Assembly: GCA_951406725.2 (NCBI GenBank)
Contig: OX597823.1
Coordinates: 77,376,001 to 77,440,000, forward strand
DNA from: Octopus vulgaris
Taxonomy: Eukaryota
DNA length: 64,000 bases
Direction of reading: 5' to 3'
The notes below the pieces were generated by a model, which saw only the letters and a program-made list of their open reading frames with translations, was not told the origin of the DNA and ran no database searches. Below, in pieces: positions 53,151 to 64,000 of the stretch. Positions within the stretch are counted from its first letter, which is position 1. The number at the start of each line of letters is the position of its first letter. A program made the position numbers and the translations under genes.

Positions 53151-53829
53151 GGAAATACTCTGAAACACAATAATATAGAATGCTATCACAAAATAAAATA
53201 GAGATAAATATAACAGCCTCTGTATTTAATGGCTGGTATAACTTCACAATAATGAAATTGTTTTAATAGTTATTTCTTTGACTGATTCCAAGAAATTTAC
53301 TTGTTTGAAGTGATCACTGGTCTTCAATAACATATTTTGTTCAAATAACTTCAAAGGTTTTGCTGCTTGATAAATCACTAGCATTGGATTGTATATATTA
53401 TAAGTTCATAGACTTTAAAGGGGGAAAAAAGAGAGGCGTCTTTTCTTTATATGTTTCTACATTTCCAGCTGAATGTGATGTTTATTGTGTTGCTTGATTC
53501 CAAATCGGCCCTAATTTAAAAGTCCTATGATCAAAGGAATTTTAGTTTTGACCATCTTGTCTTTTGTATTTTATTTGTCTATTTGTTTGTCTGTTTGTTT
53601 GTTGTTCATTTGCTTGCTTCAGTCATTGGACTGCAGCCATGTCGGGACACCTTGAACGGTTTATTCACACAAATCGTCCCCAGTACTTATTTTTTCTTTT
53701 TAAGTCTAATACTTATTCTGTTGGCTTCCTTTTGCTGAGCTGCTGGGTTATGGGGACTATAAACAAACCAACACCAGTTATCAAGTGGCGGAGAAGGGTT
53801 AAACACATACACAAAACACACACATATAT

Positions 53830-54029
53830 ATACAGAAATAAATTTTTAATTCTTAAACACGTGATAATGCTAATAAAATAGTGTAAACAGGATAAATTAT
53901 CCATATATTACAGAAAAATGCGTTACCAGCCAGTAACGTATTTTTCTGCCAGATATGGATAATTTATCTTGTTCATACTATTTTATTAGCATTACCACGT
54001 GTTTGAGAATTAAAAATTTATTTCTGTAT
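53830..54029. repeat. 200-bp near-perfect palindrome
   Basis: Arms of about 97 bp around gttac-cagcca-gtaac (centre 53929/30). Confidence 0.9.
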
Positions 54030-54232
54030 CTTTCAATACATCTCAACGCTTCTAAAAACAAACTTTGTTTACTTTCATCGTAAGATGAATATATATATAT
54101 ATATATATATATATTGTTATATTTCGGAATGGTCATATTGCCAGTTTAGCCAATAAAAACACACGCACTATATATTTGGTGTTATTTTGCTTCAGTGATA
54201 TTTATTTTTTACATTAATCTTAATCTTATTTC

Positions 54233-54277
54233 GGCCAAAGTTCTTTCGTCACACTCCTGTGACCGCATCAGTGGTCC
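54233..54277 (-). ncRNA. Minimal hammerhead ribozyme fold (core variant)
   Basis: GGACCA-CTGATGC-G-GTCACA-GGAG-TGTGAC-GAAA-GAAC-TT-TGGCC. Perfect 6-bp helix II, A9 replaced by C. Lies in a ~500-bp unit between (TA)n tracts. Confidence 0.55.
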
Positions 54278-54613
54278 TTTGTTTTCTTCTCACTTATTTG
54301 TGTCTCTCCTTACTAACCGTCAGCCATTTTGTATTTCTATTGTATGTCTTCATTTGCGCATGCTTATATCTCTATGTGCGTCTATGTGTGTGTTTGGGGG
54401 ATGCCTGTAATATTTGTATCTTCTGTTTATATACATTCTTGTAATTTGTATTTTGTTTTTGTTGTTGTTGCTTTTGTTCTAATTTTGTTCATGTGTTTAC
54501 ATCCACCCATTATTATCATTACATATGCTTGTATGTATGTATAACAACAATATTAGTAATAATAATAATAAATCTAATCGAAAAAAAAAATCTTGCACAA
54601 CAAATATTTAAAC

Positions 54614-54649
<36 letters not shown>

Positions 54650-54652
<3 letters not shown>

Positions 54653-54815
54653 ATGAGCTTCCACACAGTTTCCATCTTCCAAATTCACCCCCAAAATATT
54701 GGTTGGTCCAGAGCTATAATAGAAGATACTTGCCCAAGGTGTCATGCAGTGGGACTGAACCTAAAACCACACAATGGCAAAGTGAGCTCCTTAACCAAAC
54801 AAACATACTTGCACC
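54650..54815 (-). mobile_element. SINE family A, 5' half
   Basis: Reverse complement of head and core. Confidence 0.72.
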
Positions 54816-55297
54816 TTTCTTTCTTCTGATTTTTTTTCAAAAGTGATGTAATTTTTGTGACCTAATTTTTCTAAGATAATACAGTAGACTACTTGAAAAA
54901 GAAAGGTTAGGCTGTTATTTTTAGCAAGCCATGTGACCATATAAAAGCTCTTTAGCAGAGCATTTGTCATAGAAGACGAAATAGAAATATGAATTACTGA
55001 GTAGTTTCAACAATATTAGACAAACAATGTTAGACAATTGTAATAACATTTTAATTTAACAATATCCATTGAATTTCAAGTCCATGGTTCATAACAGGAA
55101 TTTGATATATGGTCGCAGTTTGACTGCAACATATACATGACTGGTTTATGGTCAATGTGAGGGAATAAAGCCTTGGTCAATATTTATTTTATCATAGAAT
55201 TGTTAGACTAATCACTTTCTATAGTTATTAAATGCATACTGTACTGTTATAGTTTTTAGTGCTTGTTTGTATTAACTGTTTCTCAGTCACACAAGGA

Positions 55298-55334
<37 letters not shown>

Positions 55335-55347
55335 CAATGACGATGAC

Positions 55348-55379
<32 letters not shown>

Positions 55380-55399
55380 CGACGACGATGATGATGACA

Positions 55400-55730
55400 G
55401 TGTTTCTCTAAAAGGACTGGAGAAACCATCAAAATACAAAGACTTGAAAATAGAGGTCACTCGTAAAAGAGAAACAATTCATATCATAGTAGGCACATTA
55501 GGTATGATAAAAAACATATTCAGACAAATACATAACAAAAACACCAAGATTAACAAGAATATATAACACACAGAAAATAACACTACTAGGCACTGCACAC
55601 ATCCAACATAATACACTTTCAATACAGTAAAAATAAGAGCATCACAACAAACCACAGCACATACCCAAGACACAGCGAGCTGCACTTGGTAGTGCAGTGA
55701 AAGCATGTGATAAAAAGAAGGCTACTGAAT
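55400..55730 (+). mobile_element. R4/Dong-type RLE LINE 3' end
   Basis: EKPSKYKDLKIEVTR..ETIHIIVGTLGMIK..QKITLLGTAHI..TLSIQ*, then a 3' UTR. Sits between (GAT/GAC)n and (CAA)n(TAA)n. Confidence 0.82.
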
Positions 55731-55731
55731 T

Positions 55732-55763
<32 letters not shown>

Positions 55764-55777
55764 AATAATAATAATAA

Positions 55778-56115
55778 TCCTTTCAGCTAAAGGCACAAAA
55801 CCTGAAATTTGTGGGGCAGGTCTAATCAATTACATTGATCCCAGTGTTTCAATGGTACTTAATTTATCAACCTTGAATGGATGAAAGGCAAAGTTGGCCT
55901 TGGTGGAATTTGAACTCAGAACATATAGATGGATGAAATGCTGCTAAGCATTTTGCCCAGTATGCTAACGATTCTGCCAGCTGTCGAAGGGCATCCAGCT
56001 GTCGAAGCTCTACCAGATCAGATTGGAGCCTGATGCAGCTATCTGTTTCGCCAGTCCTCAATCAAATCGTCCAACCCATGCTAGCATGGAAAGTGGATGT
56101 TAAACGATGATGATG
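55778..56115. mobile_element. SINE B (minus) abutting an RTE-type tail (plus)
   Basis: SINE B at 55778-55981; tail at 55985-56115 ending (GAT)n. Confidence 0.75.
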
Positions 56116-56257
56116 AAAAATCAGAAGCATTTTCAAATTGCTTTCAAAATTGGATGCTTTCTTACTCAAAATGCCTAAACCGTTATGTAAATGTTACTGG
56201 CACTTATCAATAACCAGTTTTATTAAAACCAATAGAGTTTCTGAAACCAGATGTATC

Positions 56258-56484
56258 AGCTTGTTAGTATTCAGGTTACCCTGTTAAGTGTAATGTTTAT
56301 TTATTCACATTGTTTTGAATTAACCATGCATTACATTGTAGCTTTGAGATTTCAATGATGTGATTATTTATATTCAGAATGACATCATATGTAGGGTAGG
56401 TGTAATAAGCCAGATCTGGAGGGATTGAACATAAAGCAGACAATATTTGAGCTAGACATGGCTGGGTTAAATACTAAAGATTAA
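56258..56484. mobile_element. piggyBac-like MITE, diverged copy
   Basis: Same internal sequence as 56716-56936 (ttatttattcacat.gttttgaattaa...gtaggtgtaata.gccaga). Confidence 0.6.
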
Positions 56485-56715
56485 AATTGATAGAACTTCT
56501 GAATATTGATTACTGAGTGCGGCATAATGACTGTACAAAAAATTTTAAGTTTGACCAGAAACTTAACCTCATATCTGGTGCTTCATAATAATACTAGGCA
56601 AGGGATATTAGAGAAATACAATTAATGGTCTACAATATCATTTCACATTTTTATGGATGTGTGGTAATGGTCTTGTTTTTTTATTCTTTTGCTGTCTAAA
56701 ATATTAAACATTTAA

Positions 56716-56936
56716 CCCTTTAGCACTCGAATTACTCTGTTAAATGCGATACTTATTTATTCACATCGTTTTGAATTAATAATGCATCATCTCATAACTC
56801 TTAGCTTTTGCTGTCATGACTGTTTATTTTTTAAAATGATGTTGTAGAGTAGGTGTAATAGGCCAGACCTGAGCAGTTTGAACAGAAAATAGGATGAATA
56901 TTTGGGCCAAATAATATCAGTTTACATGTTAAAGGA
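56716..56936. mobile_element. piggyBac-like MITE
   Basis: TTAA at 56712-15 and 56937-40; termini CCCTTTAGCA...TGTTAAAGGA. Confidence 0.75.
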
Positions 56937-57174
56937 TTAAGACTACATTTTTGTATTACATTGCTTTATAGTATTGTTGCAAAATGTGGTCAACCTCTTG
57001 GCACGAACACGGCTCCAACAGCCAAGTCAGCAACTGGGAAACTGTAGGTCAGCCCAGCAAGCCAACTTACCTAGAGAGGAGGAAGTAGTCGTACTCAGCT
57101 GGATGTCTTGTGTGATGTGGTTTCACATTGACTGGTCACATAGCCATCTTTACATCAACTGTTCATTCACATCA

Positions 57175-57665
57175 CCTTGAGGTTCCACATTTTGCCAAGT
57201 TCTATTTCAAGATCTTTATACTTGCTCAGTTTTTGGTAAGTCTTGACAGATATATTCATGTCGATTGGGGCAATCATATCGATGAGGAGGCATGAATTTT
57301 GATTGAAAATTTTCTGTATAATGTCTAGCCTATTTGCACCTATCTTTCTGTCAGTTTGAACAGTAAAGTTTAAAAAAAAACTGAGATGCAGTCATTTTCA
57401 ATCACTGGAGGTGGTTTGTGTTCCCACCAGTTTTTATCATGGGACAGGTTTTGCAAATTACCCAGTGAATATACTGTACTGCTCTATCATGCCTATGGAG
57501 GTACTCTGTAGGGGCAAGAAGGTTGCACATGGAGACAGCATGATCGATGGTTTTATTTTATTGTTTACATACATGACATGCTGGGGACTGCAGTTCTTTA
57601 AGGTGTTGGCCTGGTAGCTTCTTGTATGTAGGCATTGATCTTGGACTGGCTCCATTGCCAGCTTC
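57175..57665 (-). mobile_element. R4/Dong-type LINE fragment: CCHC finger and restriction-like endonuclease
   Basis: QDQCLHTRSYQ..CHVCKQ*NKTIDHAVSMCNLLAPTEYLHRHD..YIHWVIC..WWEHKPPPVIEN..QTDRKIGANRLDII..CLLIDMIAPIDMNISVKTYQKLSKYKDLEIELGKMW. Confidence 0.9.
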
Positions 57666-58731
57666 ATACTGGCTATTTGTTTACGTTGCCAACTGACACC
57701 TTGTGTTCTTTTACCAGTTCAAACCATCCACCTCACAGCAAAGATGCACAAACAAACAAAATAACAACAACAAAAAAACGCACAACATGCTTCAAATTAC
57801 TCACGCGATCAATAATGTTATTTCTCCTTCGTAACAATATCTTCCTTGTTTTACCTTGCCAGACAGGGCATCCATAATGTCTGAGAGTCAAAATTATTAC
57901 AATGGCTAAGATTACCTTATATTATCTTTAGGTATCAAGAAACTCATTGTCAATATACTAAGTAACATTCACAATTAGTCATCGGGCTCTTTTGATTAAA
58001 TAATTATCATTAACGACTAATCTTGTATGTAACCAAAGTTTCACAGCTCTTAATTAACGATAAAGCCAATCTAAATGTTCAAAATTACAATCGGAACGTC
58101 ACTGGAGATTGGGAATTGAAAAGGTCAGAGGTAGAAATGCTGGTTGTGGGTGACAATAGTGACAAGACATCAGAATAATGGTTTGTTTTAGCCATTTCCC
58201 AGCCCTGGTCGAACTGTCCAACCCATGCTAGCATGGAAGACAGACGTTAAACAATGATGGTGATGATTGGAAATAATTTGAGGACACATCTGAGAGAACA
58301 TATGAATGGTATAGAACATAGAGTTGTGTAATGTATCAGAGGTAGAAGTTGCAGAATTGACATTATCATTATCATTATCATTAACATCGTCACCATCACC
58401 GTCATCATCGTCGTCATCATCATCATTGTTTTAACAGCTAAGTAGTAGACAATAGTCTAAGGTCAATGTGATGCTTATCTAACATGCTAGTCATGACGAT
58501 TACTCCTATAAGCTTCGATGCTTCAATCACATTTGGCATTGAATAAACGAAATGTGAATTTGTGTTGCTTCATATTTAATAGATGGATTGTGTAAATACC
58601 TGATACTTTTGAATCCTGAAAATTTATACATGTATATATATATATGTACACATGCACATACATATATATCTACAGACATATATAGGTTATATATATGTGT
58701 GTATATATGTATATATACATATTTATATATA

Positions 58732-58779
<48 letters not shown>

Positions 58780-58786
58780 GTATGTG

Positions 58787-58825
<39 letters not shown>

Positions 58826-58872
58826 GTACACATACATATTATATATAGGTTATATATATGTGTGTATGTGTT

Positions 58873-59048
<176 letters not shown>

Positions 59049-59054
59049 TGTTGG

Positions 59055-59207
59055 ACGTCTTTCAGGTTCCATCTTCCAAACTCACTCACAAAGCTTCAGT
59101 AGATCCATAGACTCATTAGAAGACACTTGCTCAAGGTGCCATGTAGTGGGACTGAACCCAAAACTATGTGATTTGGAAGCAAACCTTTTAACCACACAAC
59201 CATGTGT
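59055..59207 (-). mobile_element. SINE family A, 5' half
   Basis: Reverse complement of head and core. Confidence 0.75.
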
Positions 59208-60200
59208 CCTTTGAAAGCTGAAAAAGGAAGGACAGAAAATGCCATCTGAAATAAACCATCTTTGAAAAGATAGGTTAAACACGACTATCATATCTGGTGC
59301 TAAACTACTATTACTAGTTCTACAACTATAGCTGACACTGTTATGCCTATTGTGTCATTATTTGCCCTGTGGTTCCTTGTGCATGAGATATAGACACCAT
59401 AGAAAATGTTCTAATTCCTCTATTCATCTGTGTTGCTGTACGAGACCAGCATCCGATAGACTACAGTGTGTCGGCAATGTTGAATTAACCAAGAATTTCT
59501 TTGAAGAAAATCTCTAAAGATATAAGTATAGGTATTGATATGCAGTATATGTGTTTGGCGGCTTAGTACTTTCTTTGTGCATCTGTAATTCTGTCTTGTA
59601 GAGAAATGAAATGACTGAGTGAGTAAGTTATTGAAACTGCCAATTCTTTGATCTTGAGTTCAAATTCACTGATGTTGTTTCCTTGTGCATTTGTGGTTGT
59701 GTATTCAATTCTACTTCAGAAATTGGCAAAGTACACAACAGCAAATTAGTGGAATTTTAAGCACTTTAAGTATGTTAAATGTCTTCAAATTTTTCAAATA
59801 AAATCACAAGAACTAAATGAATACAAAGTATCTTGTAATCAAAGAGGACTAAAAAACATCAATCCGTGACAAACTTGAATTTTCTCGTGTTTATATTCAA
59901 GCAAAAATTGCTTGGAAATTTGCATAAAAATCTTTGAAAATTTATAGTTTTAATTCCAAAACAAAACTGAAAGTAATAGAGGAGAACTCAACAGTAAAAT
60001 CAAAGTTTTGTCAGTCAGAAAATAAAAAATATTGTGATTACATATAATGATTTATTTTTATTATGTATCTGATATACTCTGCTTACAATTAACATCAGCA
60101 GATGTAACAAGCGTTTCTTGTATTTGTACTGTCAACATGGTCAAACATATGTAATAAAGACCAATTCTAAGGTATCTAATATGAAAATGGTTTTCAAAAT

Positions 60201-60252
<52 letters not shown>

Positions 60253-60275
60253 CATCATCATCATCATTATTATTA

Positions 60276-60740
60276 AGGTGGCGAGCTTGGCAGAAACGTT
60301 AGCATGCTGGATGAAATGCTTGGGTGGTATTTCGACCCATCACGACGGTCTGAGTTCAAATTCCGCCAAGATCAACTTTAACTTTCATCCTTTCGGGGTC
60401 GATAAATTAAGTGCCAGTTGAGTGCTGGGGTCGATGCAATCAATTACCCCTCTGCCCCAAATTTTAAGCCTTGTACCTTTAGTTGAGAGGATAATTATTG
60501 TTGTTGTTATTCTTCTTCTTATTATTATTGTTGTTGTTGTTGTTGTTATTATTATTTGTTTTATTATCGCAACAATGTTACAGAATTTTCAACACACTTG
60601 ATAAAATGCTTAGCAGCACTTCTGCCTTTATGTTCTGTGCTCAGAAGTTGCTGATCTTGACTTTGCCTTTCATCCTTTTGGGGTAAATTAAATAAATATC
60701 AGTCACCTATTGGGGTTGATGAAATCACCCAGTGCCCTCC
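60276..60740 (+). mobile_element. SINE family B (tail type 2) followed by a diverged copy
   Basis: Follows (ATT)n; full copy at 60276-60495 and a diverged copy at about 60590-60740. Confidence 0.8.
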
Positions 60741-61131
60741 CAGTAAGCCGACAGATTTATTACCAATTCTGAAAAATGCTTAGCAACATATCTTCCAGGT
60801 TTATATTCTGAGTTCAAATTCAAATATATATATATTTATATATTTATACAGGTGTAAAGATGTGTTGAAACATTTGTAGTGATTATGAATAAAGAATGTT
60901 GTTGATTCCATTTTCTAACCTTTGTCTGTTTATATAAACTCGATAGATACTATGAAATTCCTGATATATATCAAGTACCAGGAGCATTTCCACAGTATGA
61001 TGACATCAGATAGCCAATAACTGTGGATGGGCTTTGCATAGTATTCTACATGGTTTTAGCTCGAATCTTATTTAACTACATATATACATATATGTGTGTG
61101 TGAATAATTGTGTAAGTAAGTATATATATGT

Positions 61132-61369
61132 GGAGGCATGTGGCTTAGTGGTTATGGTGTCAGCATCATGATCGTAAGATTGTGGTTTCGATTCCTGGAC
61201 TGGGCGACACGTTGTGTTCTTGAGCAAAACACTTCATTTCACATTGCTCCAGCTGGCAAAAATGAGTGACGCTGCGATGGACTGCTGGGGAACACATACG
61301 CCATAGAAACTGGGAAACCGGGCCCATGAGCCTGGCTAGGCTTAAAAAGGGCGCGTTTATTTTTATTTA
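61132..61369 (+). mobile_element. SINE family C
   Basis: Matches 50388-50655 with two internal deletions. Flanking repeat taagtatatatat. Confidence 0.8.
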
Positions 61370-61927
61370 TAAGTATATATATATATATATATGTGCATGT
61401 GTGTGTGTATTTCTCTCTCCTCTGTATATATCTATACTCATCATCATCATTTAACATCCTTGTTCTATGCCGACATGGGCTGGATGTGTGTGTATGTGTG
61501 TGTGCGTATGCACATGAGCATGTTGTGAAACCAATTAAAGAGTACAGTAAACTTGCTGTGAGAAATTGAAAAGCCAACATTTCAGAAACAGTCCTTCTTC
61601 AAGATAAAAGTTGAAAGGAGAGAAATCAATAAGAAGGTTTTACATCATGAAAGTTTTACGAAAAAGAAAAAAAAAAAGAAAAAAATTGGCTGTCTCTCAT
61701 TAATTTCACTCTTTTGAACTTTTCCCCTTACAAAGGATTGTGACCAGAATGCTGGATTTTCCACTCCTCACCGCAAGTTCACTGTTGACTTTGTATCCAT
61801 GTTACTACATAATATGTCTTACTGATGCAGACCACTGGGACCACATGCTATATGCTCCTTACACAATTCAGGCTCACAACACATAAATATACTGCCAGTC
61901 CTACGCCTATATATATATATATATATA

Positions 61928-62498
61928 TACAATTAGAAATAAAGGCAAAACAAAAAATTTTCTTTGCCAGTATACTGAAAAATAGATGCTAAATCGTCTA
62001 ACCACATAAAATATTTTCATCTATGTTATTACACCACATACTGAAACAAGGAAAGCAAGCTAACAGAAATTCATAAAAATATATTTATCCTCAAATCAGT
62101 TCCAATTTCTGGATTAATCCACAAAGGATTCTTCCTTCATCAGCGAGGAATACAAAATGAAAATAAATGAAATATTTAGACATACCCATAGAAAAGTAGG
62201 TGCAAAGTCATGAATACATTTAAGTACTCCCAAATATATCCAGACAGAAATTTTGTTGCAAGCCTCAACACAAGTGTAGTCAGTAAGGAAATGCACACAA
62301 GTGGTTAACCAGTCCCAAAGTGAAGGAGAATTATTTTACTACTAATATAAGGATAAAATTTTATTAAAAAATTTTATAAGTGGCCAGCATATGAAAAATA
62401 CTTTTTAAGGTGAAAATTATACAATTATAAATAAGGGCAAAAGAAAAAATTTTCTTTGCCAATATGCTGAGAAATAGATGCTAAATTGTCTCACCACA
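61928..62498 (-). mobile_element. Terminally redundant ~490-bp Penelope-type/retrozyme-like unit
   Basis: Direct repeats of about 79 bp at 61928-62006 and 62420-62498 (period 492), flanked by (TA)n, with an internal hammerhead. Confidence 0.7.
62088..62149 (-). ncRNA. Type I hammerhead ribozyme fold
   Basis: TCCTCG-CTGATGA-A GGA AG AATCC TTTGT GGATT AA TCC A-GAAA-TTGG AA CTGA-TT-TGAGGA. Intact CUGAUGA and GAAA, 6-bp helix I, extended helix II, helix III with G-U pairs, AUU cleavage triplet. Confidence 0.72.
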
Positions 62499-62504
62499 CA
62501 CATA

Positions 62505-62549
<45 letters not shown>

Positions 62550-63462
62550 TTAATCATAACTTATTACTGTTTTTATGAAGTAACTAATCAATGTTGTTTA
62601 TAAAAACTTTTCTAGCTGTTAAAGCCCGTAGTTTTGTCTACATGAGAGCTCTATTGGAATTCTACTTGCATCAATTTTGATCATCATCATCGCCAATAAA
62701 ATAAATTATATAGTTACAGACTTACTTAAGGTCCAGCCAATTCAATAAATGATACCATCACTACACTAAAAAGTTCTGGCTTTTTGCCTGAAGAAGCTTA
62801 GTCTGGAGGAGGGACTGTACCAACGACCTTTGCCAGTACCACGAGACTGGTCAAATCAATACGGTTTATGTTTAGCTTCAGTATCTATATAAGTCAAAGA
62901 CTGCAGGAAGAAAGCTAGTGAGGAAGAAGGAATTCCAGAGAGTTTTGTTTGAAGTTTAAGTAAGAAAGGATTGGGTGAATGCATTTATGTGAGACACAGA
63001 AGTGGCGGTGGGGGCGGGTGAGTCAGGAAGAGAGAAGGGGCTATGAATTGGAGATGGTTGTATGTAAATAGTTTGTTCAAAGAAGCATGAGGTGCTGCAG
63101 TAGTAACAGAATAGACAGATAGGGAATACATTATGTCTCTGGTCAAAATTTGCCTTATCTTCACATAGGTTTGTTGATGCAAACAGGAAAAATAGATCTC
63201 AAAACAAGTCTATATACATAAATATATATTTACATAATCGTATATATACATAAATATGTTTGTGTGTATAACATATGTACATAGACATATATGTATATAT
63301 ACATTATATTATACACATATGTATGTATGTATGGATGTGTGTATATATATATATATATTTATATATATATAAAGAGAGAATTCAGGAAAAAACAAAAGAT
63401 GAAGACAGGTGGTGTAGACAACAAATAGATGTATTAGTATAACGCTCGGGAATTGAAAAAGT

Positions 63463-63498
63463 CTTTAATGTTTTGAGCCTACGCTCTTCCACAGAAAG
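63463..63498 (-). ncRNA. Decayed minimal hammerhead fold
   Basis: CTTT-CTGTGGA-A-GAGC-GTAG-GCTC-AAAA-CATT-AAAG. Helices I and II intact; GAAA and CG changed by CpG-type transitions; core A6 differs. Confidence 0.4.
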
Positions 63499-64000
63499 GA
63501 ACAAGGAGAGAAAAAAAAATGTGTGTAGTGGCTACCAATCTATCACGGCGAATGCCAGACAGAAGGGTCACACAGGAGAGCTAAGAAGTGGGAGAGGTAA
63601 CAAAGTAATAGTGATCCCAAAACAAAGGTGTGCATAAAATTTTTTTTTCGTGATGAGATAAAAAAACCAAGGCTGTGTAGATTTTAGAACATTTATAGAT
63701 GTTGAACCCCTTATTTGCATAATCACCAAACCTGGAACTTAACTATGGATTAGCTATAGCACTTATTCAGCATTACCTGACACCTTTGGGTCTCAATGGC
63801 ACCATTATCTCTCATAAACTCTATTGAAAGATATATATGTACATACATTATATGCACGCACAAACACACATATTTATGTGTGTATATCAGCCGAAATTGC
63901 GAAGATGATCCGGTTCTTGACTGAAGATTGAAGGCTTCGAATGTCCCGTCCGTGTTTTTTGTGTCGTCTTCTAAATGTTTCACGTTCTTGTCCCAGTTTG

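Noticed and set aside
63885-63950. tatcagccgaaa and CTGAAGA-ttgaaggcttc-GAA, possible hammerhead pieces
   Set aside because: Motifs are in the wrong order or lack GAAA and helix I. Probably a Penelope-type repeat running off the window, but not supportable as a ribozyme.

Overview
AT-rich eukaryotic non-coding DNA, packed with microsatellites ((TA)n, (GATA)n, (TATG)n, (AAT)n, (CAT)n). The repeat inventory is characteristic of a coleoid cephalopod, most likely Octopus; this is inferred from SINE/LINE sequence style, not from a database search. I find no intact protein-coding gene, and almost all ORFs in the track are microsatellite translations. Recognisable content: (i) decayed Ty3/Gypsy gag-protease and RT-RNaseH-integrase remnants (1.3-5.8 kb); (ii) a 5'-truncated RTE LINE (18.0-19.6 kb) and many RTE-type 3' tails; (iii) three R4/Dong-type RLE LINE fragments and a Tx1/L1-like fragment; (iv) at least three tRNA-derived SINE families, many copies with 13-20 bp TSDs; (v) mariner-, piggyBac-, pogo-, hAT-, MULE- and Helitron-like non-autonomous DNA elements; (vi) several sequence-unrelated short elements carrying Penelope-type minimal hammerhead ribozyme folds, including a tRNA-headed SINE with a hammerhead tail, a ~490-nt terminally redundant unit and large palindromes. 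A ~12-kb TE-depleted island (28-40 kb) has strong splice signals on both strands and looks like a 5'/regulatory region. Two signals are not explained by any TE: a strand-polarised array of about 21 TCAAACA motifs (40.1-43.7 kb) and a cluster of nuclear-receptor half sites (45.3-45.6 kb). Coordinates of degenerate repeats are approximate.
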